A stretch of 64,000 bases of DNA from the human T2T-CHM13v2.0 reference genome, Homo sapiens. The position numbers were made by a program, and so were the translations under genes. Under the pieces are notes generated by a model. That model saw nothing but the letters and a program-made list of their open reading frames with translations, ran no database searches and was not told the DNA's origin. Positions 41,251-55,807 of the stretch are shown piece after piece (position 1 is the first letter of the stretch; each line of letters begins with the position of its first letter). The stretch lies in the NCBI RefSeq assembly GCF_009914755.1, contig NC_060937.1; one strand, given 5' to 3'.

Positions 41251-43359
41251 GCCAGGAAGCAGGGACATCAGCAATATGGTATATATTACCTGGAATATGT
41301 TAGATGTTTAATGAAAGAATGAATCAATGCATATACATACACAGGAACTGGAAGGAAATTTGGAAAGGGAAATGGTTGGCAGTACAATTTTAATGAAGAA
41401 GCACTCGTAAACGACATGATTGACAGAGAGCTATACCATAATAAAAAGGCCTGAAGAGGTTATTTCGCATTTGATCCAAAACAACCAGTTTTCATCTGCC
41501 ATCAATTTTACTTGTGTCTGTCAAGGCCTTTGAGGAAATTGAAAAATCATGTTATTTATCTAGTGAATATAAATATTAGGACAACATGTTTTAATTAAGG
41601 AATGTTGATCAGGCAATTGTGCTTTAAAAACATGTTTCCGATTATATGGAAGTTACAGGTTAATCAAGTAGTTTGGAAAATAATACATTAGATAATTATG
41701 CAGGTTAAATCATATTGTCAAGTCTCTCCCAGCCACACTAATGCATCACTTTTACTTCTGAAAATAATTTGTGGACTCAAACAAAATTTCTCAGTTTCAT
41801 CCTTCAACTATGAGTGTGAGATAGCTGATGAAATTCGTGTCCTAAATCTCTCTTCATTTTGCCGGACTATCTGTATGATTTAAGCACTTGCTTGTTTTTT
41901 TTAAGTGACTTAAGAATCTCCAGCATTCAAATAAAAATTATTAATCCATTAACTCTCAGACCTAAAGAGAATGAATGGCTTCATGAATCATAATTCAGTC
42001 TTCTAGTTTGGGGCACATAAAAAAAGCCAAACATTCAGTTGGCCTCTTCCATATCTAGCTGATTTGCTTTAGTGATTCATTTTTCATTTTCCTCACAATT
42101 AGACTCAAATTTCTGGGCTGACTTTCTAATTTTGAGTCTCTAAAGTTGTAAATTCTGTAGCCATAGAACAAAAATGACATAGAAACACAAGGTAACACAA
42201 TTGTATCTTTGAATGAAAACATACATATGTTGTCTTGACCCCGTTACCATTTTACAACTCTTACATAAAGAAATCACCAGATGTTTAAAAAATAGAACGC
42301 TGATGAATCTTTTGTTCTTCCCTAACCTTTATGTTTTTCTGCTGCAGTTTTATCTCAGTAAGAGTTATGCTCATAGCTTACTTATTCAAAAGTATTATGC
42401 TTATTTTCCTCACAAAGATTTTGTTAACAGAAGGTTTCTTTACATAATATTTGGAAAAATTTGGATACTCTATGAAGAAGAATGCAGTAGAGGTATGAGT
42501 ACAGAAAATAATCATGAGCAAATAAAGATGATGTGTGAAAAAATAAATAAAAAATTTTAAAAATTCACTGTAAGCTGGATTGCAGTTAGCAAAGCATCAG
42601 AGAAGAATTTCTGTGGAGAAATTGTAAATATTATTTTAAGGGAAGAAAGTTCCGTATGACACAGTTGTTTTCTGTTAGATGAGGCCCAGCTGTTCTATCC
42701 AGTTCTTGGTCACAGCTAATGGAAAAAACTCATTCTGATCATTTTCTAAAATTCCTACTCTAAATATGTACTCACGAAAGTAAAGAAATATACTTTCCTG
42801 AAATAGAGGTCTGTGCAGACTTTTTATATTCATATTTGCAGTTTTAAAAACGATGATCAATTGACTAAATGTCCAGCAAAGACTTAGACATGGTTGATAA
42901 GGATCTCAATATATATACTGATTTCTCTGCTTAGAAGTTCATCTTTCAAATTATGCAAAATATATACTCTACTGCAGAAAAACTAATACTAGTATTGTTT
43001 CTTTGTAAAATATGGCAAGCAAAATAAATAAAAATCCATGTATTTCTAAATATTTCTTCATCTGGATATTTACAAGTATTTGTATTATACTTTTATTCTT
43101 ATGGCCACACCTCACTACTTTTTTTTGTGTGTGAACCGAAGTGACTTTCATAAGGTTATGAAAAGTTATTAAGGGGCAGAAACTAGAACAAAAACCTTGA
43201 AAAGACTCCCGTTTAAAAAATATTTTTCAGTATTTTTAATACTGATTTTGTTCTGAAACCAATTGTTTGAAAATTCTGAATCAACTGGATGAAAACTGGG
43301 TAGAGTACAGATCCCTTTAACAGATCAAACAAGACATAACTCTTTAAAAAGATTTTAAA

Positions 43360-43657
<298 letters not shown>

Positions 43658-43666
43658 CTTTTAAAG

Positions 43667-44976
43667 TGTTTTCATTGACACATAATAATTATACATATGT
43701 ATGAAGTACAGTGTGTTTTGATACATTTATATTTTGTGTAAAAATCAAATCAGGGCAATTTAGCATATCTATAAATTATACATTTATAATTTCCTTGTGA
43801 TGAGAACATTCAAAATTCTCTCTTTTAGCTATTTTAAAATATACAATTACAGTATTGTTTTCCATAGTCATCCTACTGTGTGACAGAACACTGGAACTTA
43901 TCCCTCCAGCCTAACTGTAACTTTGCACCCATTGACCAGTCTCTCCCCATTCCCCTTCCCCTCTCCCCTCCTCAGCCTCTGTTCTACTCTACTTCATGAG
44001 AACAGCTTCCTTAGATTCCACATATGAGTGAGATCATGTGACATTTGTCTTTCTGTGCCTACTTTATTTCATTTACCATAATGTCCTCTAAGTTCATCCA
44101 CCTTTCTGTAGATAACAGGATTTCATTCATTTTTAATGGCTGAATGGTATCTCATTGTATATATATACCATATCTTCTTTACTCATTCATCCATTGGTGG
44201 ACAGACACTTCGGTTGATTCCTTATCTTGACTATTGTGAATAGTGTCACAATAAACATGGAGGTACAGGTATCTCTCACACTTATTGCCCTTCCTTTAGA
44301 TCTATAGCCAGTAGTGAGATTGCTGGATCATACGGTAATTCTGTTTTTAATTTTTTGAGGAAACGTCATCCTGTTTTCTATAATGGCTGTACTAATTTAT
44401 ATTCCCGCTAACAGTTTCCCTTTCTCCACATCTCCACCAGCACTTGTTAATTTTGTCTTTTTGAGAATAGTCAATCTAACAGGTGTTTCATTGTGGTTTT
44501 CATTTGCATTTTGCTGATGATTAGTGATGTTCCGCATTTTTTCATAAAACTGTTACACATTTGTGTGTCTTCTTTTGAGAAATATCTTTCTGGGTCTTTG
44601 CTGATTTTTAAATTGGATTATTGGAGGTTTTTTGCTATTGAGTTGATAACGCAGACATAAATCCATGCACTTATAGCCTACTGGTTTCAACAAAAGTGCC
44701 AAGAACATACAATGGAGAAAGGACAGTGTATTCAATAAATTGTGCTGCAAAAACTGGATATTCACACAGGTAGACCCCATCTCTCACCATATACAAAAAT
44801 CAACGCATAATGGATTAAAGACTTAAATATAAGACGTGAAACAATAAAACTACCAGAAGAAAACACAGGGGAAATGCTACATGACATTGGTCTGGGCAAG
44901 GTTTTTTTGGATACAGACCCCAAAAGCACAGGCAACAAAAGCAAAAGGAGATAAATGGAGTTACATACATCAAAGT
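43667..44976 (-). mobile_element. L1MA5-8-type element with 5' inversion (~44646-44976 reads L1-sense on +)
   Basis: Antisense 3'UTR/ORF2 up to '...gctattgagttg', then sense ORF2 'cagacataaatccatgcac...acatcaaagtaa'. Confidence 0.88.
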
Positions 44977-45289
44977 AAGATGTAGCCCTTTGACTGTTCT
45001 TTTTCAACGGCCTGAACAGGTTCCATTTTCTTTTCACTTCCTGCAGTAACTTCATGGTTTAGACCAATATTGTTACTTTTACTTGATCTTTATAACCAGT
45101 AATTTTTCTCCTTCAGTTTTTCCAAAACTTTATTTCCTCATATTCTTACCTTGCTGCAGAACTTTCAAAGATATCCATCCAACTTCTTGCAGTGGGGTCA
45201 AGTGCAAATTATTTCTACTTTTCTTAATGCTCTTACATTTAAAAATGTGTTTTGCATTTTTTTTCCATATCTTTGCTCAGACTATATAT

Positions 45290-45495
45290 TGTAGCATAAA
45301 CTTTAAGAGCATGAAAGATCTGTGTTTAAATTCCTATTCTTCCACAGGACAAATGACTTAATGGAGCCTGTGCTGCTTATCTGTAAAATTGGAGATTATC
45401 AATACAAACAATATGTTGTGGGGATTCATGGAGATGATGCATATAAAGTCCTTAGGACAGAGGTTGGGACCTAAGAAGTTTTTCTCAAGTAGTAG
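45290..45495 (+). mobile_element. MIR SINE
   Basis: 'ttaagagcatg...ttatctgtaaaattggagat...atataaagtccttaggacag'. Confidence 0.65.
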
Positions 45496-45774
45496 CTTCT
45501 GTATGCCGTCTAGTCTCCCCACCCCGCCCCAACTGTTTTTAAAATCCTACTCATCTTTCAGAACAAGTTCATTTCCCACATTCTCTGTGACCCTTTATGT
45601 GATCAGTTATTAGTGCCACTCATTTGGCTTGTATGTTGTCTTTCCCTGTGTGTAGTATCATCCCCCCAGCGAAATCACAAAGAAGAACATGTCCTGTCCT
45701 TTAACACTGTGTCTTGCACATTTTGTGTTGATTAATAGATTAAAGTGATACCTGTCATAACAGTTTTTCAGGGT

Positions 45775-46190
45775 TGTCCAAGCAGAGAATATGGATGACA
45801 ACAGGCTGCCCAAACAGCTGTTACAGGATGAGGTTAAGTGCAGTGACCACAGGAGGTTTATACAAACTACCTCAGAAAATGGAGCACAGCCACAGAATCC
45901 TGGGCTCTCACCACGTCTGGCAGATTACAGTGCTGTGCAGTAAGCAGAAATGGGACATCTCATTTTAAACAAATACTTTGGGTAGATTATGAGGTTCAAG
46001 AGTAGAACTGTAGACAAAAACAAGCCTTACAAATCGCAACTGCAGCTGCAAAGGAAAAGATGCATCTTTATGAGAACCTATTGTAGGAAGACATGCAGGT
46101 TACAAATCCATCTTTAGCGACATTTACACCCCCAAGAGCTCTAGCATTAGTAATGTTATCATCCACTAGGATTATAATATAGTGTGCAAT
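45775..46190 (+). mobile_element. Ancient RTE-clade LINE 3' fragment (L4/RTE-X-like)
   Basis: 45791-45835 translates MDDNRLPKQLLQDEV; 46082-46129 translates CRKTCRLQIHL*RHLH, resembling the RTE C-terminal motif and C2H2 finger. Confidence 0.7.
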
Positions 46191-46274
46191 GATAGCCTGT
46201 TATGATCTGTCAGAAGTGGAAAAACTTAACTTTTATTTTTAGAGCAGTCCAGTAAAAATGTTAACACTCTCTGG

Positions 46275-46490
46275 GACCACCAGCCTGAGCAATATAGAAA
46301 AACCCGTCTCTAGAAAAAATAAAAAAATTAACCCAGCATGTTGATGCATGCCTATTGTCCCAGCTACTAGGGAGGCTGAACTGGAAGGATCACAAGCCAG
46401 GGAGGTTGAGGCTGCACTGAGCCATGAGCATGCCACTGCACTCCAGCCTGGGTGACAGAGTGAGGCTGTGTCTCAAAAACAAAATTAAAT
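46275..46490 (+). mobile_element. AluJ, 5'-truncated
   Basis: 'ccagcctgagcaatatag...ggaggttgaggctgcactgagccatg...gtgtctcaaaaac'. Confidence 0.9.
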
Positions 46491-46523
46491 ATAAATGTGA
46501 TCTCTACTTTTTTTAAAATTTAT

Positions 46524-46784
46524 TATTGTTATACTTTAAGTTTTAGGGTACGTGTGCACAATGTGCAGGTTACTTACATATGTATACATGTGCCATGCTG
46601 GTGTGCTGCACCCACTAACTCGTCATCTAGCATTAGGTATATCTCCCAATGCTATCCCTTCCCCCTCCCCCCACCCCACAACAGTCCCCAGAGTGTGATG
46701 TTCCCCTTCCTGTGTCCATGTGTTCTCATTGTTCAATTCCCACCTAAGAGTGAGAATATGTGGTGTTTGGTTTTTTGTTCTTGC
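46524..46784 (-). mobile_element. L1PA2/3 short 3' end (~260 bp)
   Basis: 'atactttaagttttagggtac...actaactcgtcatctagcattagg'; aaatttat at 46516-46523 and 46785-46792 is a candidate TSD. Confidence 0.93.
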
Positions 46785-46949
46785 AAATTTATGTTAGCTT
46801 TTCTAAGCATTCTCTCTTTTTTTTTTTTTTTTGAAAGGGGGGTGCTTTCCAGATTGAGGGAAACTTTCTTTGTATTTTCCCTCATGTTCATTTTAGAATA
46901 AGTAGGGATGATTATTTATTTAGAAACTGCATTGTATGGTGGGAAAAAA

Positions 46950-47150
46950 GCACCTTAATGCTGAAATTCAGAGGGAATTGGATTCAAATCATAGCTTTGT
47001 CTCTTACTCTATATTCTTGGATAAGTAGTTTAACCTTAGTAAACCGCTCTGTGAATCCTCACAGGAAGGTTTCAGTGCTACACAAAAAATGCTCAGAATT
47101 ATGCCTAACCTATATGAGGCACTCAAGAAAGGTAGCTATTATTATATTTG
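46950..47150 (+). mobile_element. MIR SINE
   Basis: 'ggattcaaatcatagctttgtctcttact...cttggataagtagtttaacct...gcactcaagaaaggtagctattatt'. Confidence 0.6.
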
Positions 47151-47729
47151 ACTAATAAGAAGTTAGTTAATTTTGCAGCCAGTCATATTGTTTAAAAGGC
47201 TGGCACAAGTTACAATTTCCTGTAATTGTCTTAGAAACCACACCTTTCTAAATAGGAATGGGTATGCTCTCAGGTCAAATGCCTTATTTGTTCAACTTGC
47301 ATCTATCTGATTCTGCATAAAGTATTTGGCTGATCAGAACAGTCAGGAGGATAGAAGCTAATTTAATCAATAAATATGTTTTGGAATTTTGTTTTACAAC
47401 ACCAGAGTCTGGCAAAAGCAAATAAATTGCTTTCTCTCTTTGGGATTAGGTGAGAATAATCCAATTTGAAGGATCAGGTTTTAATTACCTAATGAATGAA
47501 TCCTGCTAGGAGTTCTGAATTTCATGTTTGGTCAAGATTGACAATGATGAAATAAGCAGAAAAACCCAGGCAAAGAGAAAAATAGTGAAAGCCTGAGATA
47601 AAGTATGAAGAAGGTATGTGAACAATATCACCCATGAATGGTGGTGCTACAAGTCATGGTTTATTTCTCTGAAAGGTTATCTGAAAATTAAAAATCAATG
47701 AATCTTAGAATAAATACTGACTTTGAGTA

Positions 47730-48135
47730 TCTGTAACATGTTGCATTAGAAATCTTAGGTTGGAGGCAACAGAAACCAAATTTGTTCACTTCAACAGGCA
47801 AAGGGGGAATGTATTATAAGGATGCAGGGGGTGTCTCAGAACCTCAGTGCAAGAGTGCAGTCTGGCTCCTGGACCCACAAAAAGTTTGTCTTTCTCTCTC
47901 ATTCTCTCTCTCTCTGTAGGTCAACTTCATCCTTTTACCCTTGGTTTTGGCAAATCATCTTCATCAATTACTCAGTTCACCTACTAAAAATGGCCATAGC
48001 TCTAGATTTTGCATCTTCTCTTACCAAGAGACCAGCCCTCACTGTAATTGAAACCTTCCAGTCCCAATTCCAAACTCTCAGAGAAGGAACCCCAAAAGGT
48101 TCACTGCATATACTGAACAGCTTATTATAGTTGGG
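47730..48135. mobile_element. Old MLT1 (K/L-like) MaLR LTR
   Basis: 'ggttggaggcaacagaaacc...aagggggaatgtattataaggat' resembles an old MLT1 terminus. Confidence 0.45.
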
Positions 48136-49560
48136 AATCAAATGATAATGCTGAAATAAATGCTCATGACAGTGTCTTACAAAGAGTCATTCATTTTCAA
48201 GCATGTTACCCAATGGTCCAAAATCCAATGCTCATTGAGATACCACTAAGATTATCATTATACATGACACAAAACTTTCCATTGATAATACCATTTTGTA
48301 TTGAATATTGTGTTATCAGATACTTAAGGCAACTGAGTCACCATCTTGATGTCTTTATATAGAAAAGCATTCAAATGAAATTCAGAGGTAAGAAATACAA
48401 AATGTAGAGGGAGAGGAGGTGTATTCAAATGACGTTTATATCCCCAGCACCAACTGTCATTTCCCTTTAGGTATCTTTGCTCCTCTGCAGAGCATTCTCA
48501 GCTTAATAGCTCTAAGATACTCAGCTGTGAACACAAAGGGGGATAAAACTCTGAATGAAAAAGATGAAGGATTCTTTGGTAGCTCTTACAAACTGAAAGA
48601 ACTGAGTCTAACAAGGAATTTGTTTTGTTAACTAGTAGATACATATATATTCTCTCCACTCCCCTTTTAGTCACTAGTTAATGTTTTTTGAATGCCTGTC
48701 AAAAATTTACATTCAAAGATGTAAACATGTGGAGATAAGAACTAGAGTTAACTTTTCAAACTGTGTCACAGTGATCTGATGAGACTAGAGATAGGAGAAA
48801 CTTAGTAAAAAGAAATAATTCATTTTGTAAGAAAATAAAAATCTACAAGTTTCTTGTGGGAAATTTATGTTTGAAATGATAAATAAGATCTACAATCCTT
48901 CAATTATTGAAAATAAATACCTCCAAAAAGAAATGTGTCTGCAGACCTGCTATAATCCTTTTCTTATGTATATCCCTTAATAATAAAATTTAACAACCAA
49001 AAATCCACTTATTATTCTAATAATCCACTGACTTAGCAATCTTGATGACATAATGTGGTGCAAAAATAAAATTTTCTCTTCCATTTTCAATGGGATACAT
49101 TATAGTTTTATTCAAATTGTTGTCTTGTTCTAGTTTTCCACCTAACATTAAAGACACTTGACCTGTACTTCTTGTTATTTTATTTTTAAATAATTGATAA
49201 ACGATCTGTATTCCTTAATCACTTATTTTTAAAGTACAGTTTTGTGACCGATTGTTTTTAATAACTGTCTGCAGACAGATCTATGGTTGGAATCTTCCTT
49301 TATCAAATAATACTTGGATACTACTAAAATTTTTAAACTCTTATTAACATTTATAGGTGAAGAAGTGGACAGAGATTAATAATTAGTTTAAGGATACCCA
49401 GCCAGACAGAGGTGCGACCAGACCAAGTCAGATCTCTGAAGCTGTGACTCTATTTAGTAGTTTTATCAGACTAATAAAACGAGTTAAATTTACTTGCCTT
49501 CGATAATCAGCATCAAAATTAAGAAACAATTTGCTGTTTAATCATATTAGTTATACAGTT

Positions 49561-49674
49561 TTTGTCTTAGTAATTGTCACTACCTATATTGTATATGTAT
49601 TTATTAACTTTGTCTCCTTTCCATTAGAATAAAATTTATGCAAAGGCAAGCACCTGAGTGTCTTCTTTACCTAT
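49561..49674 (+). repeat. 114-bp direct copy of 50729-50842 (L2-derived)
   Basis: Ungapped alignment, 105/114 identical, last 39 nt exact. Confidence 0.95.
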
Positions 49675-50469
49675 CTATTGGTATGACAGGAATTCCTTCT
49701 TAAATGTAAGTTTATGGGAATTATGATGTCTTTACTGCCTTACAGAAAAAACAAAAATATATTAAAATCTTTGATGGGAGACAGGAAGTGGCTATAGAGA
49801 ATGAAAAATATAAATTAAAAAAGGAGAGAGAGAGAGTGAATCTTATGACCCAAGATTTTCTCCATAAAAATTAGCCAGTTGAAAGTTTTATCACAGCAGT
49901 TTGTAGCCACATAGATTTCTGCCTAAAGGTAAAGGCAGATTAACCAAGTGTGAGCAACAGTTCAACCAATAACTCAGATTAAAAGAGAAAGGAATAAATT
50001 GCAGACTTCATAAATATTTTAAGTATGTCAAGGTCAGATAAGGACAAGAGTCTGAATAGAAATGATTTTCAAAGTCTGTGAATAGTTGTGATACTATGTG
50101 ATTAGAGCACAAATGAGTCCACCTACTGTATTTTGGAAATGACAGGTCATGTACTGACTAAACTGCAGAATTCCCAGATGATTTGGTAAATAAATCTCCT
50201 AAAGCCAGTGCGAAATCAAGCAACTAGAGTGGCAGGGTTTTCCCTTTGTGTTTGTAGCATTTACACTTGTTTGTGTTTGCAGTAATACAACAATGATGAT
50301 GACTTAGATGGTGATCCTAATTCTCTCCTTCTAAGACCTTGTCAGTGGCTGTTAGGTGGGGGAAGGAGTAACAAATGCTGCCTCAAATTTGACTTACCTA
50401 ACTCATTTTCCTGTATGGCTCCAGAGAATGTGACCCTCTCAGAAATTCTCTCCTGCGACTCTCAGGCTT

Positions 50470-50900
50470 TATTCCCCCATTTCTTTCTACTCCAGCTTTC
50501 TTACTGTTTCTTGAACAATTCAACCTTTTCCTGCCTTGCCTTTGTGCTTCCTAGTCCCACTGTCTGAGATGTTCTCTTTGCTGAGACCACCAGCTGGCTG
50601 ATTCCATCTTGTCCTTCTGGTATCTGTTTAAATGTCACCTGGCTAGAGGAGGCTTCCTGACTCTGCTGTGTAAGATAGATTACCCACTCCCTTCTCATCA
50701 CTCTCTAACCTCTTCTCTTGCTTTGGTGTTTGTCTTAGCAATTGTCACTACCTATATTGTATATATATTTATTATCTTTCTGTCTTTTACACTAGAATAA
50801 AAGTTATGCAAAGGCAAGCACCTGAGTGTCTTCTTTACCTATTTCCGTAGCCTATAACTGTGCCTGGCATACAATCAATATCTTCCAAATAAATGAGTGA
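50470..50900 (+). mobile_element. L2 3' end
   Basis: 'tactgtttcttgaac...ctgtttaaatgtcacc...ggcttcctgac...ctgtgcctggcatac...aataaatgagtga'. Confidence 0.8.
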
Positions 50901-51832
50901 TACTTGTGGTTTTGGCAAAATATACAGGTACGGACAACTTCAATTTCTCTAGGAGCCTTCTGCAAGTAAATGCTTGAATCATACAAAAACACACTCTATT
51001 CAAAGTAAAACATAAATTATAATATTGATCCTGATTAGAAAGCCTATTATTGAGTGTTTAGCCAGGATGAGTTATATCATTTTCGTGAAATATTACATAA
51101 ACTCGTTAAGTGAAGAAAATAAGAAAAACATAAAGAAGAACAAAATGAAAGGCAGGATATAGCACTGCACATATTAGTATCACACACACATACACAAATG
51201 GTAACTATCAAAAAAAAAGAAAAGTCTCAAGGGAAATTACTCTGGAAAAAGAAACGTGAAAACTGTGAGTAACAAATGGGAATTTCCAGCCAAGCCAGTT
51301 ATCACAATAAAAGTTCACTGTTATCCTTCTATCTGATCAAGCCCTGTTTGAAGTTGCTGACCCCTCTTAAGGAGATGCTAGTTATTGGCACCAGCCCCTT
51401 TAATTTGACCCATGATTGGGTACTCAGATATATTGAATGGAAGCAGAAGGATTTTAGGAAAAAAAAATCATAAAGTCATATTTCTTAACCTTTATTTGAG
51501 AAGCAATTATAAAGTTACTTTTCACACTATATTCTGATGCTTTCCAGTTTTCATTTTCCAAAAAGATATTTTTCGATTTATATATAATTTATCTCCCTCC
51601 TCTTCCTTCTCCCTTCCTGCCTCCCTCCTCTGCTCTCAGGTTCCATCCAATCAACAACGTAGATTCCTCCACCTCCCCGCTCCTACCCACCCCAGGGCCA
51701 GGGTACAGTAGCTTTTATTGAACTTTCTATGGGTTAGTTTTGAGAGGAATTCAGGGGAAGAATCAATGACAAAACTCTAAGAATTTACAGCTCGTGTGTT
51801 TGTGTGTGTGTGTGTGTGTCTTTGTGGCTGTG

Positions 51833-52189
51833 TGATATGGTTTGGCTGTGTTCCCACCCAAATATCATCTTGAATTGTAGCTCCCACAATTCCTACGTGT
51901 CATGCATGGAAGGGACCTGGTGGGAGGTTATTAAATCATGGGGGTGGGTCTTTCCCATGCTGTTCTTATGATAGTGAATAAGTCTCACAATTATAAAGCA
52001 GAGTTTCCCTGCACCAGCTATCTTTCTCTTGCCCACCACCATGTGAGAAGTCCCTTTGCTTTTCCTTCATCTTCCACCATGATTGTGAGGCCTCCCCAGC
52101 CACATGGAATGTGAGACCATTAAACCTCTTTCCTTTATAAATTATCTAGTCTCAGATATATCTTTATTAGCAGCATGAGAACTAATACA
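51833..52189 (+). mobile_element. THE1 (B/C-like) solo LTR between TG-rich tracts
   Basis: 'tgatatggtttggctgtgttcccacccaaat...gagaactaataca'; flanks ctgtg/atgtg. Confidence 0.93.
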
Positions 52190-53143
52190 ATGTGTGTGTG
52201 GCGGGGGGTGGGTGTGTGTTTGGAGATGTATTGCAGTGGAGGGAGTGATTGAGAGATAGATCCAATGGAGTATTTACCTCACCTCTAGGGAAATCACTTG
52301 GTATATTTTTATCCACGGTTTATCACCACTGGCCCAGATACTAGATTGGCCTCATTGGCTAATTCAGTGTGGTGTTCCAAAACAGCTCAGTCAATGGAAG
52401 ATATAAAATACCTCAAAGTTCTAGAATATGTATGAAGCATCAGGAAAGGGAGGGATTCAGCCTCCTAAAAGCCTTGCCCCCAACCCTTAATCCAGTCAAC
52501 CATTAAATACATCACCAACCCTGACAGTATCAGAAAATTCTAATGAATTATTCAGAATATTTATTTGTTTTCAGGTAAGACAAGCTCAGTTTCACAGACA
52601 GTATGGAAGCCTCAAAGGAACCCCCATAGTACTGTAGATCACAGTTCTCATAACAGAGAGCAATATATCAATTACCAGCTGCAGCAATTCAGCACTGTGC
52701 TGTATCCTCGAATACTGCATGTACTCAGACCTGGCTTTCTTTGAAATCAGAATCCAATATTGTCTCTGAGAGATGATTTAATAGAGAGTGTGAAGATGCT
52801 CTATTTCAAACTCAAATATCTTTTAAACTTTTAATGAAAGGTATAAAGAAGTGGTAGATGGGAAATCTTAATTAAATTCTATACAAAGAGGAACAGAGTT
52901 TAGAGAGGCATTCACAGGCAAAGTCATAATGACCAGAAAAGAGATCTGATGGAATTTCTTTACTAGAGAATCTATTTGTCAACCTCAGGTCTCATATATG
53001 TATCTGCCAGACCTAACAAGGACCGACAAGAGATAGCTATACCTTAAGAAAATGGAAGGACTGACCAAGGAAATAGATTAAGTCACTGATTCAGTGTCCA
53101 CAGAAACTTTATAGAACGTAACTACCATGAATAAAGATAATTG

Positions 53144-53145
<2 letters not shown>

Positions 53146-53174
<29 letters not shown>
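53146..53174. repeat. (TG)14 microsatellite
   Basis: Read directly from sequence. Confidence 0.97.
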
Positions 53175-53176
<2 letters not shown>

Positions 53177-53359
53177 TTCCTTAAATCTTTTTCCTTGGTC
53201 AATCACAAGGATATGTAGTCATAATTACAAGGATGTGAGGCATGATATTGAGATATAAACAGGGACAATAGCAGCCTGGAAGCACTGCATGGCAGTGTTG
53301 GGAAAACTTCCTACTAAGGCTTGAAGGATGCCTTGCAGCTCAACCAAAAAAGGAAAGGG

Positions 53360-53530
53360 CAGACATGGGCTTAGTTATCACAAAGTTCTAGATTCGGATC
53401 AAGATTTACTAACCGTTTGACCTTGGGCGTATTGCTTAACCATTATGACTGTTTCCCCACTTGTAAAATGGAAGTGATAATGTGTATCTTTCAGTGTTGT
53501 TATAAAAATTCAATGAGAAGTTTGTAAGTT
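53360..53530 (+). mobile_element. MIR SINE
   Basis: 'ttactaaccgtttgaccttgggcgtattgcttaacc...gtttccccacttgtaaaatggaa'. Confidence 0.7.
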
Positions 53531-54130
53531 AATGGAGTAAATGTCTAGCTTATTAACTGGTTGGTTACTGGTAGAAGCGATATAAGTGGTTACTGATATT
53601 AACTAATAGGTTTGGGTCAAATGAGAACAGTATGCAGAAAGGCATAGTGGTGTGAAGTGTAATGTACAAGTGATTTCATACAGCTGAGTGCAGAGAGCAA
53701 TTGAGGGAGTGATGGGAGATACTGCAGGAAGAGAAGCATCATCCAGATGACAGAGACTAGAACTTAGCCTGTGACACTAAGCATGAGAGCTTTATCCTGT
53801 AGTGCAGAGACAGCCCGTGAATGATTTGTTTGTTAATTACAATGGGATCCATTCTTAGGCTTGCATTAAGCCTCATTCTGAAAATATATGGGTATATGAA
53901 AATATTCTACCATTATTCTTTACCATATCAGAAGCACTTTTCCTCCAATTAGTTCAAACTAGTGATGTTTTGCTTGGAATGTTTATATCCAAGCATTTAC
54001 ACATTGGCTTCTTTCAAAATTACTTTCTTTCCAGCTCTAAATACTCTCATGATTCCAGAAGATAAAATACAATTAATGGCCTTTTCTGTTTTCTCCAAAA
54101 ACATATTTTTAATTCTTGTTCATGATAGGG

Positions 54131-54901
<771 letters not shown>

Positions 54902-55807
54902 TAGAGAATGAATTGAAACATGATTAAGAATCTCTTTTTACATGTTTCAGTTATCCTGCTGTATGTCTGCTGTATGTCTCTGCTCTGTTGAAAAGGCCAA
55001 AGGCGAGGAATGTGCCGGAAGATGGTGTTTGTTGAACAGCCCTTGGTCTCACTCCCTTTGCACAGAGGCCTTGGCTTTATTATGCCCCTCAAGGAAAAAG
55101 ACTAGCTTCACCTGAGAAAGGATGTTGGTGGTCACTTCTATGCAAAATACAGCAAGAGAAACACATCCTTTGCAAATCCTGGACCAATTTGAGAACAGCT
55201 TCACTCTCACAATGTTGGTTTTTTGTTTTGTTTTGTTTTGTTTTCTATAATGTTTTTGGAAATCCATCTTTAAATTTAGCCATTTTCTCTCATAGCATTT
55301 GCTTTTTGTCTGGAAATTGGAACTCCAATTTCTGTTACTGAAGGTTTCCAGTATTTCCTCTTTAACAAAATTTCATGTGGGAATTAAACTATTGTGCATT
55401 TTTTTCTTTCCTCTGTTTTTCTTTCATCGTTTTTTTGGAATGTATAAGGTAGAGTTATTATTTTTACACTGGTAAAGGAGCGTGATGGCAACAACCGCTG
55501 GTCATTCAGATGATTCACTATCGAAGGATTAACATTCATTTTGAAGCTTCAAGATGTTTTAAGTATGGACTGAGCACCCTGCCCCATCCTCCCAGGTAGA
55601 AGAGACAAAAACTTAGTTGGCTGCTGACAGGATTCACTCCACTGTTTCTCAGTTTTCTACTTTAAGCTCCCCACACCTTCCATTTCTAGATTTTCTTCTG
55701 CATTCTATGAATACCATTTGGCTGTGTTCAGTTTTACACTTAATTTCACTGTTTTATTCTATTGATCTATACCTTTAGTAAAATTTGTATCCTTTCTCAT
55801 AAGCTCC

